Shown one piece after another: positions 1 through 13,249 of a stretch of DNA of 64,000 nucleotides (the stretch's first letter is position 1; every line of letters begins with the position of its first letter). Under the pieces are notes generated by a model. It worked only from the letters and a program-made list of their open reading frames with translations, was not told where the DNA came from and did not search any database. The stretch covers positions 21,514,001 to 21,578,000 of the forward strand of contig OZ024740.1 in NCBI GenBank assembly GCA_964016885.1, given 5' to 3'. The translations under genes were made by a program, and so were the position numbers. This DNA comes from Eledone cirrhosa (lineage: Eukaryota).

Positions 1-2679
1 CAGTAGTGGGAATTAGAGGAGAGTAGAGGTAAGTAGAGGAGAGGACAGTAGAGGACAGTAGAGGAGAGTAGAGGTATGTAGAGGAGAGTAGAGGACAGTA
101 GAGGGAAGTAGATGAGAATAGAGGTAAGTAGAGGAGAGTAGAGGGCAGTAGAGGGCAGTAGAGTACATTAGAGGGAAGTAGAGGACAGTAGAGGTAAGTA
201 GAGGACAGTAGAGGAGAGTAGAGGGAAGTAGAGGACAGTAGAGGACAGTAGACGGCAGGAGAGGACAGTAGAGGACAGTAGAGGACAGTAGAGGTAAGTA
301 GAGGACAGTAGAGGACATTAGAAGGAAGTAGAGGGAAGTAGAGGACAGTAGAGGACAGTAGAGGACAGTAGAGGGAAGTAGAGGACAGTAGAGGGAAGTA
401 GATGAGAGTAGAGGTAAGTAGAGGAGAGTAGAGGACAGTAGAAGACAATAGAGGACAGTAGAGGGAAGTAGAGGACAGTAGAGGGAACTAGAGGACAGTG
501 GAGAGAAGTAGAGGACAGTAGAGAACGGTAGAGGACAGTAGAGGACTGTAGAGGTAAGTAGAGGACAGTAGAGGACAGTAGAGGGAAGTAGAGGAGAGTA
601 GAAGCCAGTAAAGGACAGTAGAGGATAGTAAAGGGAAGTAGAGGATAGTAGAGGGAAGTAGAGGACAATAGAGGACATTAGAGGGAAGTAGAGGACAGTA
701 GAGGGAAGTACAGGATAGTAGAGGTAGGTAGAGGACAGTAGAGTGAAGTAGAGGACAGTGGAGAGAAGTAGAGGATAGTAGAGGACAATAGAGGTCAGTA
801 AAGGGAAGTGGAGGGCAGTAGAGGACAGTAGAGTGAAGTAGAGTGTAGTAGAGAGAAGTAGAGGACAGTAGAGGTAAGTAGAGGACAGTAGAGGGAAGTA
901 GAGACAGTAGAGGACAGTATAGGGCAGTAGAGTTCAGTAGAGGACAGTAGAGGTAAGTAGAGGGCAGTAGAGGACAGTAGAGGACAGTAGAGGACAGTAG
1001 AGGACAGTAGAGGGAAATGGAGGGCATTAGAGGGCAGTAAAGGACAGTAGAGGACAGTAGAGGAGAGTAAAGGGAAGTAGTGAAAGGTAGAGGAAAGTAG
1101 AGGACAGTAGAACACTTAAGAGGACACTAGAGGACAGTAGAGGACAGCAGAGGACAGTAGAGGACAGTAGAGGACAGTAGAGTGAGGTAGACGACAGTAG
1201 AGGATAGTAGATGACAGTAGAGGGCAGTAGAGGACAGTAGAGGGAAATAGAGGACTGTGGAAAGAAGTAGATGACAGTAGAGGACAATAGAGGTCAGTAG
1301 AGGGAAGTGGAAGTCAGTAGAGGACAGTAGAGGGAAGTAGAGAGTAGTAGAGGACAGTAGAGGGAAGTAGAGGTAAGTAGAGGACAGTAGATGACAGTAG
1401 AGGGAAGTAGAAGACAGTAGAGGGAAGTAGAGGAGAGTGGAGGACAGTAGAGGGAAGTAGAGGACAGTAGAGGGAAGTAGAGGACAGTAGAGGGAAGTAG
1501 AGGACAGTAGAGGTAAGTAGAGGACAGTAGAGGACAGTATAGGGAAGTAGAAGACAGTAGAGGGAAGTAGAGGAGAGTGGAGGACAGTAGAGGGAAGTAG
1601 AGGACAGTAGAGGGAAGTAGAGGACAGTAGAGGTAAGTAGATGAGAGTAGAGGAAGTAGAGAACAGTAGAGGGAAGTAGAGGACAATAGAGGGAAGTAGA
1701 AGACAGTGGAGAGAAGTAGAGGACAGTAGAGGACAATAGAGGGAAGTAGAGAGAAGTAGAGGACAGTAGAGGACAGTAGAGGGAAGTAGAGAATAGTAGA
1801 GGACAGTAGAAAACAGTAGAGGGGAGTAGAGGAGAGTAGAGGAGAGTAGAGGCCAGTAGAGGACAGTAGAGGGACGTAGAGGAGAGTAGAGGGAAGTAGA
1901 GGAAAGTAGCATGAAGTAGAGGGCAGTAGAGGACAGTATAACGCATTAGAGAACACTAGAGGACAGTAGAGGACAATAGAGGACAGTAGAGGGAATTAGA
2001 GAACAGTAGAGGACAGTAGAGGTCAGTAGAGGACAGTAGAGGACAGTATATCAGATTAGAGTACAGTAGAGGACAGTAGAGGGAAGTAGAGAACAGTAGA
2101 GGACAGTAGAGGGCAGTAGAGGACAGTAAAGGGAGATAGAGGACAGTAGAGGACAGTAGAGGACAATACAGGTAAGTAGAGGACAGTAGATGACAGTAGA
2201 GGACAGTAGAGGGAAGTAGAGGACAGTAGAGGACAGTAGAGATCGGTAGAGGACAGTAGAGGACAGTAGAGGACAGTAGAGGACAGTAGACGGAAATATA
2301 GGACAGTAGAGGGAAGTAGAGGACAGTGGAGAGAAGTAGAGGACAACAGAGGTCAGTAGAGGGAAGTGGAGGGCAGTAGAGGACAGTAGAGGTAAGTAGA
2401 GAGTAGTAGAGGACAGTAGAGGACAATAGAGGGAAGTAGAGGACAGTAGAGGACTGTAGAGAACAGTAGAGGGAAGTAGAGGACAGTAGAGGCATGTAGA
2501 CGACAGTAGAGGGTAGTAGAGGGAAGTAGAGGACAGTAGAAGTATGTAGAGGACAGTATAGGGTAGTAGATGACAGTAGAAGACAGTAGAGGGCAGTAGA
2601 GGACAGTAGAGGACAGTAGAGGACAGTAAAGGGAAGTAAAGGGAAGTAGAGAAAAGTAGAGGAAAGTAGAGGACAGTAG

Positions 2680-5600
2680 AACACATTAGAGGACACTAGA
2701 GGACAGTAGAGGACAGTAGAGGACAGGAGAGGGAAGTAGAGGACAGTAGAGGGCACTAGAGGACAGTAGAGGACAGTAGAGGGCAGTAGAGGACAGTAGA
2801 GGACAGTAGAGGACAGTATAGGGAAGTAGAGGACAGTAGAGGCCAGTAGAGGGAAGTACAGGACAGTAGAGGGAAGTAGAGGAGAGTAGAGATAAGTAGA
2901 GGAGAGGAGAGGACAGTAGTGGGAATTAGAGGAGAGTAGAGGTAAGTAGAGGAGAGGAGACGACAGTAGAGGACAGTAGAGGAGAGTAGAGGGCAGTAGA
3001 GGGCAGTAGAGGACATTAGAGGGAAGTAGAGGACACTAGAGGGAAGTAGAGGACAGTAGAGGGAAGTAGAGGACAGTAGAGGGCAGTAGAGGACAGTAGA
3101 GGGCAGTAGAGGAAACTAGAGGACAGTAGAGGACAGTAGAGGACAGTAGAGGTAAGTAGAGGACAGTAGACGACATTAGAAGGAAGTAAATGGAAGTAGA
3201 GGACAGTAGAGGAGAGTAGAGGACAGTAGAGGGAAGTAGAGGACAGTAGAGGGAAGTAGATGAGAGTAGAGGACAGTAGAGGAGAGTAGAGGTCAGTAGA
3301 AGACAGTAGATGACAGTAGAGGGAAGTATAGGGAAGTAGAGTACAGTAGAGGGAAGTAGAGGACAGTGGAGAGAAGTAGAGGACAATAGAGGGAAGTAGA
3401 GGAGAGTAGAGCACAGTAGATGACAGTATAGCACAGTAGAGGGCAGTAGAGGGCAGTAGAGGACAGTACAGGATGTAGAGGACAGTAGAGGGCAGTAGAG
3501 GACAGTAGAGGACAGTAAAGGAAAGTAGAGGACAGTAGAGGACAGTAGAGGACAGTAGAGGACAGTAGAGGACAGTAGAGGACAGTAGAGGACAGTAGAG
3601 GACGGTAGAGGACAGTAGAGGACAGTAGAGGACAGTAGAGGGCAGTAGAGGACGGTAGAGGACAGTAGAGGACAGTAGAGGGCAGTAGAGGAAGGTAGAG
3701 GACAGTAGAGGACAGTAGAGGGCAGTAGAGAACTGTAGAGGACAGTATGGGACTGTAGAGGACAGTAGAGGACAGTAGAGGACAGTAGAGGGAAGTAGAG
3801 GACAGTAGAGGACAGTAGAGGACAGTAGAGGACAGTAAAGGGAAGTATAGGACAGTAGAGGGAAGTATAGGAGAATAGAGGACAGTAGAGGGAAGTAGAG
3901 GACAGTAGAGGGAAGTACAGGATAGTAGAGGTAAGTAGAGGACAGAAGAGTGAAGTAGAGGTCAGTGGAGAGAAGTAGAGGATAGTAGAGGACAATAGAG
4001 GTCAGTAAAGGGAAGTGGAGGGCAGTAGAGGACAGTAGAGTGAAGTAGAGTGTAGTAGAGGGAAGTAGAGGACAGTAGAGATAAGTAGAGGACAGTAGAG
4101 GGAAGTAGAGGACAGTAGAGGACGGTAGAGGTCAGTAGAGGGCAGTAGAGGACAGTAGAGGACAGTAGAGGACAATAGAGGACAGTAGAGGGAATTAGAG
4201 AGAAGTAGAGGACAGTATAGGAATGTAAAGGCCAGTAGAGGACAGTAGAGGGAAGTGGAGGGCAGTAGAGGACAGTAGATGACAGTAGATGGCAGTAGAG
4301 GACAGTAGAGGGAAATAGAGGACAGTGGAAAGAAGTAGATGACAGTAGAGGACAATAGAGGTCAGTAGAGGGAAGTGGAAGGCAGTAGAGGACAGTAGAG
4401 GGAAGTAGAGAGTAGTAGAGGACAGTAGAGATAAGTAGAGGAGAGTATACGACAGTAGAGGGCAGTACAGGGAAGTAAAGGACAATAGAGGACAGTAGAG
4501 GGCAGTAGAGGAAACTAGAGGACAGTAGAGGACAGTAGAGGAGAGTAGAGGGGAGTAGAGGACAGTAGAGGACAGCAGAGGACAGTAGAGGACAGTAGAG
4601 GACAGTAGAGTGAGGTAGACGACAGTAGAGGATAGTAGATGACAGTAGAGGGCAGTAGAGGACAGTAGAGGGAAATAGAGGACTGTGGAAAGAAGTAGAT
4701 GACAGTAGAGGACAATAGAGGTCAGTAGAGGGAAGTGGAAGTCAGTAGAGGACAGTAGAGGGAAGTAGAGAGTAGTAGAGGACAGTAGAGGGAAGTAGAG
4801 GTAAGTAGAGGACAGTAGATGACAGTAGAGGGAAGTAGAAGACAGTAGAGGGAAGTAGAGGAGAGTGGAGGACAGTAGAGGGAAGTAGAGGACAGTAGAG
4901 GGAAGTAGAGGACAGTAGAGGGAAGTAGAGGACAGTAGAGGTAAGTAGAGGACAGTAGAGGACAGTATAGGGAAGTAGAAGACAGTAGAGGGAAGTAGAG
5001 GAGAGTGGAGGACAGTAGAGGGAAGTAGAGGACAGTAGAGGGAAGTAGAGGACAGTAGAGGTAAGTAGATGAGAGTAGAGGAAGTAGAGAACAGTAGAGG
5101 GAAGTAGAGGACAATAGAGGGAAGTAGAAGACAGTGGAGAGAAGTAGAGGACAGTAGAGGACAATAGAGGGAAGTAGAGAGAAGTAGAGGACAGTAGAGG
5201 ACAGTAGAGGGAAGTAGAGAATAGTAGAGGACAGTAGAAAACAGTAGAGGGGAGTAGAGGAGAGTAGAGGAGAGTAGAGGCCAGTAGAGGACAGTAGAAC
5301 ACATTAGAGGACACTAGAGGACAGTAGAGGACAGTAGAGGACAGGAGAGCGAAGTAGAGGACAGTAGAGGGCACTAGAGGACAGTAGAGGACAGTAGAGG
5401 GCAGTAGAGGACAGTAGAGGACAGTAGAGGACAGTATAGGGAAGTAGAGGACAGTAGGGGCCAGTAGAGCGAAGTACAGGACAGTAGAGGGAAGTAGAGG
5501 AGAGGAGAGGACAGTAGTGGGAATTAGAGGAGAGTAGAGGTAAGTAGAGGAGAGGAGACGACAGTAGAGGACAGTAGAGGAGAGTAGAGGGCAGTAGAGG

Positions 5601-7150
5601 GCAGTAGAGGACATTAGAGGGAAGTAGAGGACACTAGAGGGAAGTAGAGGACAGTAGAGGTAAGTAGAGGACAGTAGAGGACAGTAGAGGACAGTAGAGG
5701 GCAGTAGAGGAAACTAGAGGACAGTAGAGGACAGTAGAGGACAGTAGATTTAAGTAGAGGACAGTAGACGACATTAGAAGGAAGTAAATGGAAGTAGAGG
5801 ACAGTAGAGGAGAGTAGAGGACAGTAGAGGGAAGTAGAGGACAGTAGAGGGAAGTAGATGAGAGTAGAGGACAGTAGAGGAGAGTAGAGGTCAGTAGAAG
5901 ACAGTAGATGACAGTAGAGGGAAGTATAGGGAAGTAGAGTACAGTAGAGGGAAGTAGAGGACAGTGGAGAGAAGTAGAGGACAATAGAGGGAAGTAGAGG
6001 AGAGTAGAGCACAGTAGAGGACAGTATAGCACAGTAGAGGGCAGTAGAGGGCAGTAGAGGACAGTACAGGATGTAGAGGACAGTAGAGGGCAGTAGAGGA
6101 CAGTAGAGGACAGTAAAGGAAAGTAGAGGACAGTAGAGGACAGTAGAGGTCAGTAGAGGACAGTAGAGGACAGTAGAGGTCAGTAGAGGACGGTAGAGGA
6201 CAGTAGAGGACAGTAGAGGACAGTAGAGGGCAGTAGAGGACGGTAGAGGACAGTAGAAGACAGTAGAGGGCAGTAGAGGAAGGTAGAGGACAGTAGAGGA
6301 CAGTAGAGGGCAGTAGAGAACTGTAGAGGACAGTATAGGACTGTAGAGGACAGTAGAGGACAGTAGAGGACAGTAGAGGGAAGTAGAGGACAGTAGAGGA
6401 CAGTAGAGGACAGTAGAGGACAGTAAAGGGAAGTATAGGACAGTAGAGGGAAGTATAGGAGAATAGAGGACAGTAGAGGGAAGTAGAGGACAGTAGAGGG
6501 AAGTACAGGATAGTAGAGGTAAGTAGAGGACAGAAGAGTGAAGTAGAGGTCAGTGGAGAGAAGTAGAGGATAGTAGAGGACAATAGAGGTCAGTAAAGGG
6601 AAGTGGAGGGCAGTAGAGGACAGTAGAGTGAAGTAGAGTGTAGTAGAGGGAAGTAGAGGACAGTAGAGATAAGTAGAGGACAGTAGAGGGAAGTAGAGGA
6701 CAGTAGAGGACGATAGAGGTCAGTAGAGGGCAGTAGAGGACAGTAGAGGACAGTAGAGGACAATAGAGGACAGTAGAGGGAATTAGAGGGAAGTAGAGGA
6801 CAGTATAGGAATGTAAAGGCCAGTAGAGGACAGTAGAGGGAAGTGGAGGGCAGTAGAGGACAGTAGATGACAGTAGATGGCAGTAGAGGACAGTAGAGGG
6901 AAATAGAGGACAGTGGAAAGAAGTAGATGACAGTAGAGGACAATAGAGGTCAGTAGAGGGAAGTGGAAGGCAGTAGAGGACAGTAGAGGGAAGTAGAGAG
7001 TAGTAGAGGACAGTAGAGATAAGTAGAGGAGAGTATACGACAGTAGAGGGCAGTACAGGGAAGTAAAGGACAATAGAGGACAGTAGAGGGCAGTAGAGGA
7101 AACTAGAGGACAGTAGAGGAGGACAGTAGAGGAGAGTAGAGGGGAGTAGA
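2680..7150 (+). repeat. Older, diverged ~2.6 kb duplication (~2680-4560 vs ~5300-7150), repeated at +8676
   Basis: Near-identical ORFs at 3016/5614 (offset 2598) and 4002/6590 (offset 2588). Shared markers include TAAATGG, TACAGGATGTAG and GAATGTAAAGGCC. The offsets differ by whole monomers. Confidence 0.8.
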
Positions 7151-7296
7151 GGAAGTATAGGACAGTAGAGGATAGTAGAGGACAGTAGAGGGAAGTAGAG
7201 GACAGTAGAAGACAGTAGAGGACAGTAGAGAGAAGTAGAGGACAGTGGAGAGAAGTAGAGGACAATAGGGGACAATAGAGGTCAGTAGAGGGAAGT

Positions 7297-7308
7297 GGGG
7301 GGGGGGGG
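7297..7308 (+). repeat. Poly-G run (G12) inside the satellite
   Basis: AAGT-G12-CAG. Homologous sites: G10 at 15973, 19961, 49070; G13 at 45079; G6 at 25785, 31635, 54894, 60744. Confidence 0.9.
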
Positions 7309-10300
7309 CAGTAGAGGACAGTAGAGGTAAGTAGAGAGTAGTAGAGGACAGTAGAGGACAGTAGAGGGAAGTAGAGGACAGTAGAGGACAGTAGAGGACT
7401 GTAGAGAACAGTAGAGGGAAGTAGAGGACAGTAGAGGGAAGTAGAGGGACATAGAGAAAAGTAGAGGACAGTAGAACACATTAGAGGAGACTAGAGGACA
7501 GTAGAGGACAGTAGAGGACGGTAGAGGACAGTAGAGGGAAGTAGAGAACAGTAGAGGGCAGTAGAGGACAGTAGAGGACAGTAGAGGGCAGTAGATGACA
7601 GTAGAGGACAGTAGAGGACAGTAGAGGGAAGTATAGGACAGTAGAGGACAGTAGAGGGAAGTACAGGACAGTAGAGGAGAGTAGAGGACAGTAGTGGGAA
7701 TTAGAGGAGAGTAGAGGTAAGTAGAGGAGAGGACAGTAGAGGAGAGTAGAGGTATGTAGAGGAGAGTAGAGGACAGTAGAGGGAAGTAGATGAGAATAGA
7801 GGTAAGTAGAGGAGAGTAGAGGGCAGTAGAGGGCAGTAGAGTACATTAGAGGGAAGTAGAGGACAGTAGAGGTAAGTAGAGGACAGTAGAGGAGAGTAGA
7901 GGGAAGTAGAGGACAGTAGAGGACAGTAGACGGCAGGAGAGGACAGTAGAGGACAGTAGAGGACAGTAGTGGTAAGTAGAGGACAGTAGAGGACATTAGA
8001 AGGAAGTAGAGGGAAGTAGAGGACAGTAGAGGACAGTAGAGTACAGTAGAGGGAAGTAGAGGACAGTAGAGGGAAGTAGATGAGAGTAGAGGTAAGTAGA
8101 GGAGAGTAGAGGACAGTAGAAGACAATAGAGGACAGTAGAGGGAAGTAGAGGACAGTAGAGGGAAGTAGAGGACAGTGGAGAGAAGTAGAGGACAGTAGA
8201 TAACGGTAGAGGACAGTAGAGGACTGTAGAGGTAAGTAGAGGACAGTAGAGGACAGTAGAGGGAAGTAGAGACAGTAGAGGACAGTATAGGGCAGTAGAG
8301 TTCAGTAGAGGACAGTAGAGGTAAGTAGAGGGCAGTAGAGGACAGTAGAGGTCAGTAGAGGACAGTAGAGGACAGTAGAGGGAATTATAGGGAAGTAGAG
8401 GACAGTATAGGAAAGTAAAGGACAGTAGAGGACAGTAGAGGGAAATGGAGGGCATTAGAGGGCAGTAAAGGACAGTAGAGGACAGTAGAGGAGAGTAAAG
8501 GGAAGTAGTGAAAGGTAGAGGAAAGTAGAGGACAGTAGAACACATTAGAGGACACTAGAGGACAGTAGAGGACAGCAGAGGACAGTAGAGGACAGTAGAG
8601 TGAGGTAGACGACAGTAGAGGATAGTAGATGACAGTAGAGGGCAGTAGAGGACAGTAGAGGGAAATAGAGGACTGTGGAAAGAAGTAGATGACAGTAGAG
8701 GACAATAGAGGTCAGTAGAGGGAAGTGGAAGTCAGTAGAGGACAGTAGAGGGAAGTAGAGAGTAGTAGAGGACAGTAGAGGGAAGTAGAGGTAAGTAGAG
8801 GACAGTAGATGACAGTAGAGGGAAGTAGAAGACAGTAGAGGGAAGTAGAGGAGAGTGGAGGACAGTAGAGGGAAGTAGAGGACAGTAGAGGGAAGTAGAG
8901 GACAGTAGAGGGAAGTAGAGGACAGTAGAGGACAGTATAGGGAAGTAGAAGACAGTAGAGGGAAGTAGAGGAGAGTGGAGGACAGTAGAGGGAAGTAGAG
9001 GACAGTAGAGGGAAGTAGAGGACAGTAGAGGTAAGTAGATGAGAGTAGAGGAAGTAGAGAACAGTAGAGGGAAGTAGAGGACAATAGAGGGAAGTAGAAG
9101 ACAGTGGAGAGAAGTAGAGGACAGTAGAGGACAATAGAGGGAAGTAGAGAGAAGTAGAGGACAGTAGAGGACAGTAGAGGGAAGTAGAGAATAGTAGAGG
9201 ACAGTAGAAAACAGTAGAGGGGAGTAGAGGAGAGTAGAGGAGAGTAGAGGCCAGTAGAGGACAGTAGAACACATTAGAGGACACTAGAGGACAGTAGAGG
9301 ACAGTAGAGGACAGGAGAGCGAAGTAGAGGACAGTAGAGGGCACTAGAGGACATTAGAGGGAAGTAGAGGACAGTAGAGGGAAGTACAGGATAGTAGAGG
9401 TAGGTAGAGGACAGTAGAGTGAAGTAGAGGACAGTGGAGAGAAGTAGAGGATAGTAGAGGACAATAGAGGTCAGTAAAGGGAAGTGGAGGGCAGTAGAGG
9501 ACAGTAGAGTGAAGTAGAGTGTAGTAGAGAGAAGTAGAGGACAGTAGAGGTAAGTAGAGGACAGTAGAGGGAAGTAGAGACAGTAGAGGACAGTATAGGG
9601 CAGTAGAGTTCAGTAGAGGACAGTAGAGGTAAGTAGAGGGCAGTAGAGGACAGTAGAGGACAGTAGAGGACAGTAGAGGACAGTAGAGGGAAATGGAGGG
9701 CATTAGAGGGCAGTAAAGGACAGTAGAGGACAGTAGAGGAGAGTAAAGGGAAGTAGTGAAAGGTAGAGGAAAGTAGAGGACAGTAGAACACTTAAGAGGA
9801 CACTAGAGGACAGTAGAGGACAGCAGAGGACAGTAGAGGACAGTAGAGGACAGTAGAGTGAGGTAGACGACAGTAGAGGATAGTAGATGACAGTAGAGGG
9901 CAGTAGAGGACAGTAGAGGGAAATAGAGGACTGTGGAAAGAAGTAGATGACAGTAGAGGACAATAGAGGTCAGTAGAGGGAAGTGGAAGTCAGTAGAGGA
10001 CAGTAGAGGGAAGTAGAGAGTAGTAGAGGACAGTAGAGGGAAGTAGAGGTAAGTAGAGGACAGTAGATGACAGTAGAGGGAAGTAGAAGACAGTAGAGGG
10101 AAGTAGAGGAGAGTGGAGGACAGTAGAGGGAAGTAGAGGACAGTAGAGGGAAGTAGAGGACAGTAGAGGGAAGTAGAGGACAGTAGAGGTAAGTAGAGGA
10201 CAGTAGAGGACAGTATAGGGAAGTAGAAGACAGTAGAGGGAAGTAGAGGAGAGTGGAGGACAGTAGAGGGAAGTAGAGGACAGTAGAGGGAAGTAGAGGA

Positions 10301-13249
10301 CAGTAGAGGTAAGTAGATGAGAGTAGAGGAAGTAGAGAACAGTAGAGGGAAGTAGAGGACAATAGAGGGAAGTAGAAGACAGTGGAGAGAAGTAGAGGAC
10401 AGTAGAGGACAATAGAGGGAAGTAGAGAGAAGTAGAGGACAGTAGAGGACAGTAGAGGGAAGTAGAGAATAGTAGAGGACAGTAGAAAACAGTAGAGGGG
10501 AGTAGAGGAGAGTAGAGGAGAGTAGAGGCCAGTAGAGGACAGTAGAGGGACGTAGAGGAGAGTAGAGGGAAGTAGAGGAAAGTAGCATGAAGTAGAGGGC
10601 AGTAGAGGACAGTATAACGCATTAGAGAACACTAGAGGACAGTAGAGGACAATAGAGGACAGTAGAGGGAATTAGAGAACAGTAGAGGACAGTAGAGGTC
10701 AGTAGAGGACAGTAGAGGACAGTATATCACATTAGAGTACAGTAGAGGACAGTAGAGGGAAGTAGAGAACAGTAGAGGACAGTAGAGGGCAGTAGAGGAC
10801 AGTAAAGGGAGATAGAGGACAGTAGAGGACAGTAGAGGACAATACAGGTAAGTAGAGGACAGTAGATGACAGTAGAGGACAGTAGAGGGAAGTAGAGGAC
10901 AGTAGAGGACAGTAGAGATCGGTAGAGGACAGTAGAGGACAGTAGAGGACAGTAGAGGACAGTAGACGGAAATATAGGACAGTAGAGGGAAGTAGAGGAC
11001 AGTGGAGAGAAGTAGAGGACAACAGAGGTCAGTAGAGGGAAGTGGAGGGCAGTAGAGGACAGTAGAGGTAAGTAGAGAGTAGTAGAGGACAGTAGAGGAC
11101 AATAGAGGGAAGTAGAGGACAGTAGAGGACTGTAGAGAACAGTAGAGGGAAGTAGAGGACAGTAGAGGCATGTAGACGACAGTAGAGGGTAGTAGAGGGA
11201 AGTAGAGGACAGTAGAAGTATGTAGAGGACAGTATAGGGTAGTAGATGACAGTAGAAGACAGTAGAGGGCAGTAGAGGACAGTAGAGGACAGTAGAGGAC
11301 AGTAAAGGGAAGTAAAGGGAAGTAGAGAAAAGTAGAGGAAAGTAGAGGACAGTAGAACACATTAGAGGACACTAGAGGACAGTAGAGGACAGTAGAGGAC
11401 AGGAGAGGGAAGTAGAGGACAGTAGAGGGCACTAGAGGACAGTAGAGGACAGTAGAGGGCAGTAGAGGACAGTAGAGGACAGTAGAGGACAGTATAGGGA
11501 AGTAGAGGACAGTAGAGGCCAGTAGAGGGAAGTACAGGACAGTAGAGGGAAGTAGAGGAGAGTAGAGATAAGTAGAGGAGAGGAGAGGACAGTAGTGGGA
11601 ATTAGAGGAGAGTAGAGGTAAGTAGAGGAGAGGAGACGACAGTAGAGGACAGTAGAGGAGAGTAGAGGGCAGTAGAGGGCAGTAGAGGACATTAGAGGGA
11701 AGTAGAGGACACTAGAGGGAAGTAGAGGACAGTAGAGGGAAGTAGAGGACAGTAGAGGGCAGTAGAGGACAGTAGAGGGCAGTAGAGGAAACTAGAGGAC
11801 AGTAGAGGACAGTAGAGGACAGTAGAGGTAAGTAGAGGACAGTAGACGACATTAGAAGGAAGTAAATGGAAGTAGAGGACAGTAGAGGAGAGTAGAGGAC
11901 AGTAGAGGGAAGTAGAGGACAGTAGAGGGAAGTAGATGAGAGTAGAGGACAGTAGAGGAGAGTAGAGGTCAGTAGAAGACAGTAGATGACAGTAGAGGGA
12001 AGTATAGGGAAGTAGAGTACAGTAGAGGGAAGTAGAGGACAGTGGAGAGAAGTAGAGGACAATAGAGGGAAGTAGAGGAGAGTAGAGCACAGTAGATGAC
12101 AGTATAGCACAGTAGAGGGCAGTAGAGGGCAGTAGAGGACAGTACAGGATGTAGAGGACAGTAGAGGGCAGTAGAGGACAGTAGAGGACAGTAAAGGAAA
12201 GTAGAGGACAGTAGAGGACAGTAGAGGACAGTAGAGGACAGTAGAGGACAGTAGAGGACAGTAGAGGACAGTAGAGGACGGTAGAGGACAGTAGAGGACA
12301 GTAGAGGACAGTAGAGGGCAGTAGAGGACGGTAGAGGACAGTAGAGGACAGTAGAGGGCAGTAGAGGAAGGTAGAGGACAGTAGAGGACAGTAGAGGGCA
12401 GTAGAGAACTGTAGAGGACAGTATGGGACTGTAGAGGACAGTAGAGGACAGTAGAGGACAGTAGAGGGAAGTAGAGGACAGTAGAGGACAGTAGAGGACA
12501 GTAGAGGACAGTAAAGGGAAGTATAGGACAGTAGAGGGAAGTATAGGAGAATAGAGGACAGTAGAGGGAAGTAGAGGACAGTAGAGGGAAGTACAGGATA
12601 GTAGAGGTAAGTAGAGGACAGAAGAGTGAAGTAGAGGTCAGTGGAGAGAAGTAGAGGATAGTAGAGGACAATAGAGGTCAGTAAAGGGAAGTGGAGGGCA
12701 GTAGAGGACAGTAGAGTGAAGTAGAGTGTAGTAGAGGGAAGTAGAGGACAGTAGAGATAAGTAGAGGACAGTAGAGGGAAGTAGAGGACAGTAGAGGACG
12801 GTAGAGGTCAGTAGAGGGCAGTAGAGGACAGTAGAGGACAGTAGAGGACAATAGAGGACAGTAGAGGGAATTAGAGAGAAGTAGAGGACAGTATAGGAAT
12901 GTAAAGGCCAGTAGAGGACAGTAGAGGGAAGTGGAGGGCAGTAGAGGACAGTAGATGACAGTAGATGGCAGTAGAGGACAGTAGAGGGAAATAGAGGACA
13001 GTGGAAAGAAGTAGATGACAGTAGAGGACAATAGAGGTCAGTAGAGGGAAGTGGAAGGCAGTAGAGGACAGTAGAGGGAAGTAGAGAGTAGTAGAGGACA
13101 GTAGAGATAAGTAGAGGAGAGTATACGACAGTAGAGGGCAGTACAGGGAAGTAAAGGACAATAGAGGACAGTAGAGGGCAGTAGAGGAAACTAGAGGACA
13201 GTAGAGGACAGTAGAGGAGAGTAGAGGGGAGTAGAGGACAGTAGAGGAC

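Noticed and set aside
1956-3016. ORFs abutting by a 1-nt stop/start overlap, resembling translational coupling in an operon
   Set aside because: A single variant CAGTAG>CATTAG or CACTAG creates TAATG or TAGTG on the minus strand, so a start and a stop arise together automatically.
7116-7124. AGGAGG Shine-Dalgarno-like motifs
   Set aside because: These are by-products of the purine-rich monomer and a 3-bp insertion, with no plus-strand ORF downstream.
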